Assembly: GCA_965243025.1 (NCBI GenBank)
Contig: CBDETY010000003.1
Location: 1,856,001 to 1,920,000 of the forward strand
Source: Candidatus Latescibacterota bacterium
GTDB taxonomy: Bacteria; Latescibacterota; UBA2968; UBA8231
Reading direction: 5' to 3'
DNA length: 64,000 nt
The position numbers were made by a program, and so were the translations under genes. Within the stretch, counting starts at the first letter, position 1, and every line of letters starts with the position of its first letter. The notes beneath the pieces are model-generated. The model did no database searches and was not told where the DNA came from. It saw nothing but the letters and a program-made list of their open reading frames with translations. Of the stretch, positions 30,905 through 40,341 are shown piece after piece.

Positions 30905-31510
30905 CTACTGTTTGCCCTCACCCAGCCGAAATACCGAAAAGCGACTGATCGAAATCTTCTCGCCGACCTTTGATGTCAATTCCGTGACCAGATCTTCAAT
31001 CGACTGGTCACTGTTCTTGACAAATGGCTGCTCGAGGAGGCAGACCTCCTGGAAGAATTTCTCAAGCCTCCCGGAGACGATCTTCTCGGCGATATGATCA
31101 GGCTTGCCTTCGTTTTTGGCCTGTTCGAGGTAGATCTCGCGTTCGTGGGCGATCACCTCCTGGTCGATTGAACCTCTGTCGACGGCGCGCGGCTGTTCGG
31201 CGGCGATGTGCATCGCCACGTCCTTGGCGAACTGCTGAAAGTCGTCGGTTCGCGCGACGAAATCAGTCTCGCAGTTTACTTCGACCAGGACGCCGAGGCG
31301 GTTGCCGGGATGGATGTAGGAAGTCACCAGCCCCTCGTGCGCCGCACGCGCCGCGCGCTTTTCCACGGCTGCCATTCCCTGCTTCCGCAGGTAGTCCACT
31401 GCCTTGTCGATATCGCCATTGGTTTCCTGCAAGGCCTTCTTGCAGTCCATCAACCCGATCCCCGTCTGTTCCCGAAGCTGCCTGACAACGGCCGCCGAGA
31501 TGTCCGCCAT
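30905..31510 (-). CDS. tsf: Elongation factor Ts (short form)
   Basis: LREQTGIGLMDCKKAL, EVNCETDFVA. Confidence 0.97.
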   Translation of the reverse strand: MADISAAVVRQLREQTGIGLMDCKKALQETNGDIDKAVDYLRKQGMAAVEKRAARAAHEGLVTSYIHPGNRLGVLVEVNCETDFVARTDDFQQFAKDVAMHIAAEQPRAVDRGSIDQEVIAHEREIYLEQAKNEGKPDHIAEKIVSGRLEKFFQEVCLLEQPFVKNSDQSIEDLVTELTSKVGEKISISRFSVFRLGEGKQ

Positions 31511-31551
31511 TCCTGTGTCCCTTTCCCTTTGCAGATTGTCGCCCGTGCTTC

Positions 31552-32403
31552 CTACGGCGTTCGCTCCGCCGCCCCGGAACCGGTTGCCGAAGGGCCGCCA
31601 GGGGTCGACGACATGGAACTCCCGGAATCGGCGGAAAGAGGAATCGAGCCGGCCTCCGCAACAGGCTGGTCCAACGCTTCCCGATCAACACCTTCCGCGG
31701 CTACCGCTTCCGCTTCATCCGAGGCCGCCCGGCCTTCGATCACCGCGTCGGCAATCAACGTCGTAATCAACTCGATGGATCGCAGCGCGTCGTCGTTTCC
31801 CGGGATCGGATAGGTCACGAGATCGGGGTCGCAGTTCGTGTCGACGATGGCGACCGAGGGCACCCCGAGCTTCCTCGCCTCGGAGATTGCCAGCTTCTCT
31901 TTTTTGATGTCGACTATGTAAACAAGACCCGGGAGGGTCGCCATCTTGCGAATGCCCGCAAGGGTCTTGGCCATGCGCGCCCGTTCCTTCTCGAGCAGCA
32001 GCACTTCCTTCTTTTTCAGCTTCTCGTAGGTGCCGTCAGTGGCGATGCGATCGAGGTGGTCGAGATGGCGGATGTTCTGGCGGATGGTCTGCCAGTTGGT
32101 GAGCATTCCTCCGAGCCAGCGTTCGGTTACATAGTACATCCCGCAACGCTCGGATTCCCGCAGAACCACATCGACTGCCTGTTTCTTGGTGCCGACGAAC
32201 AGAACCGATTTCCCGGCGCGGGCGGTATCTACAACGGCCTGGTATGCCGCGCCCAGCATCGTCACCGTCTTCTGAAGGTCGACGATGTGGATACCGTTGC
32301 GCTCGGTGAAAATGAACGGCCGCATCTTGGGATTCCAGCGTTGGGTCTGGTGGCCGAAATGCGTACCTGCTTCGAGGAGATCGCGTATCCCTACGTCGGG
32401 CAT
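31552..32403 (-). CDS. rpsB: 30S ribosomal protein S2
   Basis: AGTHFGHQTQRWNPKM, RWLGGMLTN, IPGNDDA. Confidence 0.98.
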   Translation of the reverse strand: MPDVGIRDLLEAGTHFGHQTQRWNPKMRPFIFTERNGIHIVDLQKTVTMLGAAYQAVVDTARAGKSVLFVGTKKQAVDVVLRESERCGMYYVTERWLGGMLTNWQTIRQNIRHLDHLDRIATDGTYEKLKKKEVLLLEKERARMAKTLAGIRKMATLPGLVYIVDIKKEKLAISEARKLGVPSVAIVDTNCDPDLVTYPIPGNDDALRSIELITTLIADAVIEGRAASDEAEAVAAEGVDREALDQPVAEAGSIPLSADSGSSMSSTPGGPSATGSGAAERTP

Positions 32404-32443
32404 GTCACACTCACTTTCGTTAGGTCGATGTCGCGGGCACCGC

Positions 32444-32498
32444 GGTCCTCAAGCACAATGTCCTCCCTGCAGGGAGGACTGCATGCGCAACGAGGACC
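32444..32498 (-). promoter_or_regulatory. Structured rpsB 5' leader (candidate S2 autoregulatory element)
   Basis: Perfect 20-bp palindrome GTCCTCCCTGCAGGGAGGAC (32460-32479) nested inside a GGTCCTC/GAGGACC stem, about 40 nt upstream of rpsB. Confidence 0.55.
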
Positions 32499-32649
32499 TG
32501 GTGAAGGTCTTCACGATTGCTCTGCCGGAAATGCCGAGGGCAGGGGATACGTCCAGACTCGAGGTGGGTGAATTGCCCCGACTGCTTCTTGGATGTGCAA
32601 GTCGTCGAAACAACCGGCGGTTTTCCTTGCGCCCGAAGTCGGGGGAATT

Positions 32650-33045
32650 TCAGCGCTTGGAGAACTGGAAACGCTTTCGGGCTCCGGCCAAGCCGTACTT
32701 CTTGCGCTCCTTCTCCCTTGGATCGCGGGTCAGAAAGCCCGCCTTCTTCAGGGCCGGGCGCCATGTTGGATCGTACTGGATCAGCGCACGGGCGATTCCC
32801 AGGCAGGCGGCCCCCGCCTGCCCCTGCAGCCCGCCTCCATGCACACTGATCTGAATGTCGAACCGCTGGCGCGATTCGGTGAGATCCAGGGGCTGGACCA
32901 TCATCATCTCCAGGGCATCCCGCCTGAGGTAATCCTCGACGCTGCGGCCATTCATCGCGATCGTCCCGGACCCGGGACGGATGCGCACGCGGGCGATGGA
33001 AGTCTTGCGGCGACCGGTAGCCTCGAAAGTTTGCTCAGTCATCAT
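32650..33045 (-). CDS. rpsI: 30S ribosomal protein S9
   Basis: [30 protein letters not shown]. Confidence 0.98.
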   Translation of the reverse strand: MMTEQTFEATGRRKTSIARVRIRPGSGTIAMNGRSVEDYLRRDALEMMMVQPLDLTESRQRFDIQISVHGGGLQGQAGAACLGIARALIQYDPTWRPALKKAGFLTRDPREKERKKYGLAGARKRFQFSKR

Positions 33046-33061
33046 ACCGCCCTGCCCGCAT

Positions 33062-33493
33062 TCAGAAAGTCAACTCTTCGGGCTTCTGGGCAGCGTGCCG
33101 GTGTTCCGGACCTGCGTACACCCGCAGCTTCTTCAAGGTCCGACGCCCGAGGACATTCCGCGGCAGCATTCCGCGAACCGCCATGGCAATCACACGCTCC
33201 GGGTGTTTCTCCATCATCTCGCGGTATGACGTCGTGCGGATGCCTCCGGGATAACCGGTGTGGCGGTAGTAGACCTTCCGCTCCTCCTTGCGGCCCGTGA
33301 CCGCGACCTTGTCGGCGTTGACGACGATCACGTGGTCACCCATGTCGAGGTGCGGGGAGAAGCCCGGTTTGTGTTTGCCCCGGAGGACGTGGGCGATCCG
33401 CGATGCAAGCCGGCCCAGTGTCTGGCCGGTCGCATCGACGACGAACCACTTGCGATCGATGTCCTTCGCCGTGGGCGAGTATGTCTTTTTCAC
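33062..33493 (-). CDS. rplM: 50S ribosomal protein L13
   Basis: [27 protein letters not shown]; GTG start inferred. Confidence 0.97.
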   Translation of the reverse strand: MKKTYSPTAKDIDRKWFVVDATGQTLGRLASRIAHVLRGKHKPGFSPHLDMGDHVIVVNADKVAVTGRKEERKVYYRHTGYPGGIRTTSYREMMEKHPERVIAMAVRGMLPRNVLGRRTLKKLRVYAGPEHRHAAQKPEELTF

Positions 33494-33537
33494 ACCTTTT
33501 TCCGCAACGGTGAGTCTTCGGAGATAGACCAACCAAC

Positions 33538-34170
33538 TTAATGGGGACCCTGCTGACTGTCAATATGGCGCCAGCGCCGCCAAGCCCGGATCAGGACGAC
33601 GGCCAACACGGTGGCGATTACCGCGAAAACAATCCGATTGTAGTCCCCGAGCAGTTCGGCAGCGCGCTCCCAGTTGGTGCCGACGAGCATCCCGGCGTAG
33701 ATGAGCAGGCCGTTCCAGACCGCCATGCTCACCAGTCCCAGCCCGACCACCGGTTTCCAGCCCATCCCGCCCATGCCCGCCGCAAGGGCGATTACCGAAC
33801 GGATGCCGCTGAGAAAGCGGTTGGCGAGCACCAGCCAGACGCCGTAGCGCTCCAGCCAGCGCGTCGCCCGCTCGAGACTCTGCGCCGAGCCGATGCGAAG
33901 CCGGGACTGCAGAATGCGGGCCCCGTGCCTGGCGCCGAGGGCGAACATCACCGAGAAGCCCAACGTGCCTCCGATGCAGGTGCTGACGTACACGGGAATC
34001 CACTCCAGCACCCCGAGGCCGACCAGATATGCGCTGAAGACGACCACGACATCACCGGGGACCGGGGGAATCAGGTTTTCCAGGAAAGCGCTGACCGCCA
34101 GGAGCAGATAAGCCCAGAGCGGATTCCATCTCCCCAATTCGGCAACCGTGCTGTTGATGAAATCGACCAA
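33538..34170 (-). CDS. DedA family membrane protein
   Basis: [22 protein letters not shown] motifs. Confidence 0.9.
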   Translation of the reverse strand: MVDFINSTVAELGRWNPLWAYLLLAVSAFLENLIPPVPGDVVVVFSAYLVGLGVLEWIPVYVSTCIGGTLGFSVMFALGARHGARILQSRLRIGSAQSLERATRWLERYGVWLVLANRFLSGIRSVIALAAGMGGMGWKPVVGLGLVSMAVWNGLLIYAGMLVGTNWERAAELLGDYNRIVFAVIATVLAVVLIRAWRRWRHIDSQQGPH

Positions 34171-34179
34171 CGAGCGGCG

Positions 34180-35397
34180 CTACTTTTCGACCTGGGCAAC
34201 GGCTTGCGCCGCCATGCCCTCGGAGCGCCCGGTGAACCCGAGCCCCTCTGTCGTCGTCGCCTTGACCGATACCGACTCCACCGGAATCCGCAGCGCTCCT
34301 GCCAGCCTTCCCCGGATGGTGTCCATGTGGGGGGCAAGTTTCGGTTCCTGCGCCATGACCACCGCATCGACGTTTACCACCCGGAATCCCTGCCCATCGA
34401 GCAGGTCGCGCACCTGGGCGAGCAGCAAAAGGCTGGAGATCCCCCGGTAGGCCTCGTCGTCGTCAGGGAAATGCCGGCCGATGTCGCCGAGTGCCGCCGC
34501 ACCCAGCAAGGCATCGATGACGGCGTGACTGAGAACATCGGCGTCGGAGTGTCCATCGAGGCCTGCCGGGTGGGGAATGGTCACCCCCCCGAGAACCAGC
34601 GGCTTCCCAGGCACGAGGCGATGGACGTCGTATCCCTGCCCCACCCGCGTACCGGCGACGGCCTGAGCGGGTTCCGGACTGTCCGCGGTTTTTTGGCGAC
34701 GGCTCATGTCCATGTTCCATTCCACCTTCTCGAAATCTTCGGGAGTGGTGAGCTTGACGTTCAGGGAATCGCCGGCAACGATTCGCACCTTCACTCCCAT
34801 GCGCTCCAGCAACGTCGCCTCGTCGGTTGCCGGGTGGGTACCTGCCGCCTCCCTGTCGAACGCCTGGAGCAGGGCATTCCTGCGAAAACCCTGAGGTGTC
34901 TGCGCGTTCCACAAGGATCGCCGGTCCGGGGTTCCGACGATCACCCCGCCTCTCACCTCCTTCACCGTCTCCGTTGCCGGAAGCGCGGGGATGGCTGCCC
35001 CGGACTTTTCGGTCTCCTCGATTACACGGTCGATCAGCTCCCGGGTCACCAGTGGACGCACGGCGTCGTGGATCAGGACGATCTCGTCCTCCTCCGTCGT
35101 GCCTCTCAAGGCGGAGCGTACGGAATCGCTGCGCTCCCGGCCGCCCTCGACGGCCGGCCGCAGCTTCACGAAATCGCCGGCAAATGCTTCGTAACGGGCC
35201 AGGTCCGCCGGATTCAGGGCGACGATGATGCCCCCTACCGATGGGGTCTCCTCGAAGCAGCGCAGCGTATGCCACAGTACCGGCCTGCCCAGAATCGGCC
35301 GGAACTGCTTGGGCACGGCACCCGGCACTCGCGTCCCGCGACCGGCCGCGGGAATCACCGCGACGACCTTGCTTGCTGTTTTACCGCCCTCGGACAT
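34180..35397 (-). CDS. ispDF: Bifunctional IspD/IspF (MEP pathway)
   Basis: AAGRGTR..PKQF, HDAVRP, QTPQGF; RVGQGYDVH, HSDADV, KATTTEGLGF. Confidence 0.95.
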   Translation of the reverse strand: MSEGGKTASKVVAVIPAAGRGTRVPGAVPKQFRPILGRPVLWHTLRCFEETPSVGGIIVALNPADLARYEAFAGDFVKLRPAVEGGRERSDSVRSALRGTTEEDEIVLIHDAVRPLVTRELIDRVIEETEKSGAAIPALPATETVKEVRGGVIVGTPDRRSLWNAQTPQGFRRNALLQAFDREAAGTHPATDEATLLERMGVKVRIVAGDSLNVKLTTPEDFEKVEWNMDMSRRQKTADSPEPAQAVAGTRVGQGYDVHRLVPGKPLVLGGVTIPHPAGLDGHSDADVLSHAVIDALLGAAALGDIGRHFPDDDEAYRGISSLLLLAQVRDLLDGQGFRVVNVDAVVMAQEPKLAPHMDTIRGRLAGALRIPVESVSVKATTTEGLGFTGRSEGMAAQAVAQVEK

Positions 35398-35427
35398 GGC
35401 GGTGGAGGCTTCCTTCGATCCGGGATT

Positions 35428-36465
35428 TCACGAGATGAACATGGCGTCGCCGTAGCTGTAGAAGCGATATCCCGCGGCTACCGCTTCCCGATAGGCGGCC
35501 AGCACCGTATCCGTTCCAGCGAAAGCCGCCACCAGCATCAGCAGGGTCGAGCGCGGCAGGTGGAAATTGGTCAGCAGGGCATCGACGGCACGGAAGCGAT
35601 AGGGTGGAAGTATGTAGTGCTCGGTCCATCCGGACCCGCTGCGCACCAGTCCATCCTCCGAGCCCAGCGTTTCCAGAGTGCGCGCAGTGGTCGTACCGAC
35701 GGCGACGATACGGCCCCCGGACTGTTTGCGGCGACATATTTCCCGGGCTTCCGATTCCCCCAGGTCGTACCACTCCGCCTCCAGTCTGTGTTTGCGGGGA
35801 TCGGCGGTTCGGATCGGTTCGAATGTTCCCGGTCCGACGTTCAGGGTCAATGGAATCACTCCCACCCCCCTCTGTCGCAGGTTATCGAGCATGTCCCGGG
35901 TAAAATGGAGACCGGCGGTCGGCGCCGCGACCGCGCCCTCGCTGCGGGCGTAAACCGTCTGGTAACGCTCTTCGTCTTCGGCGACCGGTTTCCGCTGAAG
36001 GTAGGGGGGAAGCGGAACCTCGCCATGGGCGCGGATGATCTCCCAGTCCCGGCCGCCGCTTTCGAAACGAAGCTGGAGGCGGCCGCCGGCCCCGACAGAC
36101 AGGACGCGTAGGGCCGCCCCGGACCCGTCTCCGGTGGCGAGTTCCAGCTTTTCCGACTCCCTGAGGCGCCGCGTCGGCTTGCCCAGCGCCTGCCAGCAGC
36201 CCTCCCCGGTTCGGTGAATCAGCAGCAGTTCGACCCTCCCGCCGCCCATCCTTCGGGCCAGGAGCCGCGCCGGAAAAACCTTGGCATCGTTGATTACGAG
36301 TGCGTCCGCAGGGGTCAGCAGGCCGGGGAAGTCGGCGAAGGCAAGGTGCCTGCGCAAGCCGCCCTCGCGACGCAGAAACAGAAGCCGCGAGCCATCGCGC
36401 GCTTCGGCGGGGTACCTGGCTATCTGACTCGGGGGGAGGGCGAAGTCGAAACCGGACAGATCCAT
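35428..36465 (-). CDS. queA: S-adenosylmethionine:tRNA ribosyltransferase-isomerase
   Basis: PLPPY, RYQTVYA, AAPTAGLHF, TNFHLP, FYSYGDAM. Confidence 0.97.
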   Translation of the reverse strand: MDLSGFDFALPPSQIARYPAEARDGSRLLFLRREGGLRRHLAFADFPGLLTPADALVINDAKVFPARLLARRMGGGRVELLLIHRTGEGCWQALGKPTRRLRESEKLELATGDGSGAALRVLSVGAGGRLQLRFESGGRDWEIIRAHGEVPLPPYLQRKPVAEDEERYQTVYARSEGAVAAPTAGLHFTRDMLDNLRQRGVGVIPLTLNVGPGTFEPIRTADPRKHRLEAEWYDLGESEAREICRRKQSGGRIVAVGTTTARTLETLGSEDGLVRSGSGWTEHYILPPYRFRAVDALLTNFHLPRSTLLMLVAAFAGTDTVLAAYREAVAAGYRFYSYGDAMFIS

Positions 36466-36685
36466 CGAAACCGGGTCATGCCAACCGGGGAACTTGAGGG
36501 CGAGCCGAAACCGGATGGGGGCAGCCCGCCGGGGGCGTCCGAGGCGGGTCGGGCATAGCGGTCGGGAAGCGGTTGGTCGAACAGTTCACGGCGACCGCGG
36601 AAGGATGAGGTTGGCTTGCACGGCGTAAACGCCAAGCCTGAAAAGCCGCACCCCGAACGCTGACCTGAAGCTGATTGTCCCCACA

Positions 36686-37435
36686 TCATTTTTTTCGTGA
36701 ATGCCGGCAAATCGTCGAGAGGATCTTGAAGCCGGCCCGGACGCTTCCGGCCACCGTCCCGCTGATCTTCGACGCCCCGATGCGCCTCCGATAGCTGACG
36801 GGAACTTCGGCGATGCGCAGCCCCTGCTTTGCCGCCTTGATCTGCATCTCCACGGTCCAGCCGAAATCGCGGTCCTCCATCTCCAACTGCTCGAGTGCCC
36901 GCCGGGTTATCGCCCGGAACGGACCCAGGTCGGTGTAGGATACGCCGAACAACAGTCGTATCAGGGTGGTGGCGACGAGATTTCCGAGCCGGGACTGGAG
37001 GGGCAGGGCACCCGGCTGACGGATGCCCAGCACCCGCGAGCCGATGACGAATTCCGCCCCATCGGCCCACATGGGGTTCAACAGCCGCGCCATCTCTTGC
37101 GGATGATCGCTGTAGTCCCCGTCCAGAAAAACAACGATGTCGCACTCCCTGAGCGCGGCGATTCCCGCCAGACAGGCCTGGCCGTACCCCTTTCTTGACT
37201 CGCTGACTACCTCTGCGCCCCCTTCCCGTGCTCTGGCGGCGGTGTCGTCGGTCGAGCCGTTGTCCACGACTACGACCTGATCGACCACGGCACCTGTCTG
37301 CCTGCCGTTCCCGAGCCGCCTGGGAAGGTCGGCGAGCACCCTGCCGATCGCCTCCCGTTCGTCGCGAGCCGGAATGACGACCCCGAGGGACAGCCTGGGT
37401 GGGCAGACCTTGGAAGGATCACCGGAAGAAGGCAT
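36686..37435 (-). CDS. Glycosyltransferase family 2 (DPM1-like)
   Basis: VIPARDE, VVDNGSTD, FLDGD, TDLGPFRA; start uncertain (37435 or 37477). Confidence 0.9.
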   Translation of the reverse strand: MPSSGDPSKVCPPRLSLGVVIPARDEREAIGRVLADLPRRLGNGRQTGAVVDQVVVVDNGSTDDTAARAREGGAEVVSESRKGYGQACLAGIAALRECDIVVFLDGDYSDHPQEMARLLNPMWADGAEFVIGSRVLGIRQPGALPLQSRLGNLVATTLIRLLFGVSYTDLGPFRAITRRALEQLEMEDRDFGWTVEMQIKAAKQGLRIAEVPVSYRRRIGASKISGTVAGSVRAGFKILSTICRHSRKK

Positions 37436-37624
37436 AACTTGCGGTCCGGAGAATAACTCGAGCCCGAGGAAAGCCACGACCCGTGAAGCAAGGACAGGGA
37501 TCCACGACCCCGGGGGTCACGTCCTGAGCCCCGGTCCGCGCGAGGCCAACCGCCCGAAAGGGATCAGGTGGGTGTTTTCATCGACTCCCGCCGGGAATCG
37601 ATTTCGATCGGAACCGGAGATGGG

Positions 37625-38479
37625 CTACAGATTCTGCTCGAGCCAGGAGAGCAACGCGTCGACGACATCGGGATTTTCCAGCAGGTCGAGCCCATGCGCA
37701 TCCTGACCTTTGTACACGACCAGGTTCTTCGGATCGTCGGTGAAGTCGTTCAGGACGGAGGCGAAGGCGGCGTAGCTCAAAACCTGGTCCTCGGTGATCT
37801 GGCGAATGTCGTTCTCGGCGACGAGGAACATCATCGAGTGCGGGGAGAAGTCCTCAACCTCGGCACCGATAGCGAGGGGCTCGAGCGTTCCGGGATCGAA
37901 AACACCGGGAGACAGGGCGACACCTGCCTGGAGGTCGCCAGGAAAAGCCCCCATGCTGACGAAGGCGACGTTTCCACCTACCCCCGTGCCGACGATGGCG
38001 ACACGGGCGATGTCCGCCGAGGGCTCGGTTTTCAACCAGTTCAGGGCGGCGCGGACGTCGAGGTGGAAGTTGCCGAGATCGGATACAAGCAGGGCCTCCT
38101 GGGGACGGCCGTCGTCGGGATACGGTGTGTTTCCGTGGCCGCGCAGGTCGATGGCCAGGGGGGAATACCCCTCTTCCAGCAGCCGTTCGAAAAGGCCGGC
38201 GACCAACCACTCGAGCCCCCCGATGAAACTGCTGATCTCCCCGATATCGTGGACGAGGATCACCACCGGGTACGGCCTGGGGACATCGGGGTGACCGTAG
38301 CGGGCGCTGATCTCGACGCTGTCGACGGTAGTGAAGGCGACATCCTTGACCGGATAGACAATGCCAGGTCCGGTGGGGTAACCCGGCCCTTCGATGGTGA
38401 CGTTGTCCTCCTCGGGGCTGCAGCCGACGGCCAGCCAGAACACCAACGGGGAAAGCAGTTTCGGGACGTTGATTTTCAT
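37625..38479 (-). CDS. Alpha/beta hydrolase-fold lipoprotein
   Basis: Lipobox LAVGC, IDLRGHG, elbow VGTGVGG, LSPG, AHG; AGGAG RBS. Confidence 0.85.
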   Translation of the reverse strand: MKINVPKLLSPLVFWLAVGCSPEEDNVTIEGPGYPTGPGIVYPVKDVAFTTVDSVEISARYGHPDVPRPYPVVILVHDIGEISSFIGGLEWLVAGLFERLLEEGYSPLAIDLRGHGNTPYPDDGRPQEALLVSDLGNFHLDVRAALNWLKTEPSADIARVAIVGTGVGGNVAFVSMGAFPGDLQAGVALSPGVFDPGTLEPLAIGAEVEDFSPHSMMFLVAENDIRQITEDQVLSYAAFASVLNDFTDDPKNLVVYKGQDAHGLDLLENPDVVDALLSWLEQNL

Positions 38480-38607
38480 ACTGCTCCTGGGGTTTTTCCC
38501 AAATGAATTGCCCTTGCCAACAGTGTACAACGCGTGGATATGAACAGCGCGTAATTTTAAGGTAACCAGGGGAATCGAGCGGTGCCAACCAACTCCTCCA
38601 GCGATCG

Positions 38608-40341
38608 ATGATTCGCATACGGGACCTGTGCTTTTCCTTTCCCGGCGCCAGCGCCAGGGCCCTGGACAGGGTGAGCATCGACATAGGAAGCGGAGAACGC
38701 GTCGCCGTCATTGGGCCGAACGCATCCGGGAAGACTACGCTGGCGCGCTGCCTGAACGGACTCCTGGTGCCGGACTCCGGTTCGGTATCGGTAGATGGTT
38801 TCAACACCCGAGACCGGGATTCGCTTCCGTCGTTGCGCCGCCTGGTGGCGATGGTGTTTCAGAACCCGGACGATCAACTGGTCGCCACATCGGTGGAAGC
38901 GGAGATCGCCTTCGGGCTGGAAAACCTCGGCGTCCCCCTTCCGCGGATGCGGCAGCGGGTTGCCGAGGTGCTGGATCGTTTCGCACTGAAGCGCTACTCC
39001 GGCCACCCGCCCCATCTGCTGTCCGGGGGTGAGAAGCAGCGACTGGCCATCGCCGCCGGTTTCGCCCTGCGGCCTCGCTATTTCGTCCTGGATGAGCCGA
39101 CCTCGATGCTGGATTCGGACGGGAGGGCTCAGCTCCTCGACGTAATCGATGAACTGAGCTCGATACAGGAGATCACGACGATTGAGATAACCCAGGACCT
39201 GGAACAAGCCTGCCGGGCCGATCGCGTGATCGTGCTGGAACGGGGCCGCATCCTGATGGACGCAACTCCAGGTGCCGTGTTTGCCGAGGAGGATTCCTTG
39301 AGGGCGGTCGGCCTGGAGGTACCCTTTCTTTTCACGCTCGCCCGGAAAATTTCCGCAGTTGGGACGGTTCCCGTGCGTCCGTCGCTCTCCGACCTCGCCG
39401 AACGCGTGGTCGACCTCTGCGGGGTGCGGCGCCGGGGCTGTTTCGGAAGCCCCCCGAGCGGCCGCATCGACAACGGCGGCACCCGCCCTTGCCTGCAGGT
39501 CGAAGAAATCCACTTCTCCTACGAGGCAGGGCCCGGGCGCGAGACACGGGCGCTGGAAGGCGTGACCGCGAGCCTGTCCACCGGAGGGTCGGTCGGAATC
39601 ATTGGCAGAAGCGGTTCGGGAAAGAGCACCCTGGCGCAGCACCTCAACGGGCTGCTCGCCCCGGATCGCGGGCGCGTGCTGCTCGACCACGAGGATTTGT
39701 CCGACCCGGCAGTCGCCGCCGGCATTCGCAGGCGTATCGGCCTGGTGTTCCAATACCCGGAGGTTCAGCTTTTCGAAGAGACCGTCGCCGCCGACGTCGC
39801 CTTCGGTCCTGTCAGCGCGGGCTGCGACGAGGGGGAAACGCAGAGGCGGGTGCGCGCCGCCCTGAAAGCCGTGGCGTTGTCCCCCGAGCAGTACGGTTCG
39901 CGCCCCCCGACCGCCCTCAGCGGAGGCGAACGGCGGCGGGCGGCCATCGCCGGAGTGCTTGCCATGGAGACCGAGGTGCTGGTCATGGATGAACCCACCG
40001 CCGGGCTCGATCCGGCGGGGTTCGCCGGACTCCTCGATCTCCTCGCCAGGCTGCGAAAACAGGGAGTCGTCCTGGTGCTGGTAACCCACGACGTCAGACT
40101 CGTGGCCGCGGCCACCGCCTGGGTCGTCGCCCTCGACCGGGGACGGGTCGTGCTCGAAGGAAAAACGGAGGAGGTGCTGACCCATCCGGAGTTCACCCGT
40201 CTCACCGGGCTGGAGCCTCCCCCGGCGGTGCGCTTCGCCCAGAAGCTCTCGGGGGCCGGACTTCCGGTTGCGCCGGGGATCACGCGCCAGCAGCAGGTTC
40301 TCGATTTCGTGGATGTCCTGACCGGAGAAACCGATGAGTGA
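38608..40341 (+). CDS. ECF transporter ATPase, fused EcfA1-EcfA2
   Basis: Two ABC cassettes: GPNASGKTT/FQNPDDQ/LSGGEKQR and GRSGSGKST/FQYPE/LSGGERRR. Confidence 0.92.
   Translation: MIRIRDLCFSFPGASARALDRVSIDIGSGERVAVIGPNASGKTTLARCLNGLLVPDSGSVSVDGFNTRDRDSLPSLRRLVAMVFQNPDDQLVATSVEAEIAFGLENLGVPLPRMRQRVAEVLDRFALKRYSGHPPHLLSGGEKQRLAIAAGFALRPRYFVLDEPTSMLDSDGRAQLLDVIDELSSIQEITTIEITQDLEQACRADRVIVLERGRILMDATPGAVFAEEDSLRAVGLEVPFLFTLARKISAVGTVPVRPSLSDLAERVVDLCGVRRRGCFGSPPSGRIDNGGTRPCLQVEEIHFSYEAGPGRETRALEGVTASLSTGGSVGIIGRSGSGKSTLAQHLNGLLAPDRGRVLLDHEDLSDPAVAAGIRRRIGLVFQYPEVQLFEETVAADVAFGPVSAGCDEGETQRRVRAALKAVALSPEQYGSRPPTALSGGERRRAAIAGVLAMETEVLVMDEPTAGLDPAGFAGLLDLLARLRKQGVVLVLVTHDVRLVAAATAWVVALDRGRVVLEGKTEEVLTHPEFTRLTGLEPPPAVRFAQKLSGAGLPVAPGITRQQQVLDFVDVLTGETDE

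Noticed and set aside
34180-35397. IspD-IspF fusion as a novelty
   Set aside because: Well-known bifunctional enzyme in several lineages.
33541-36111. 856-aa plus-strand ORF
   Set aside because: Antisense shadow of dedA, ispDF and queA.
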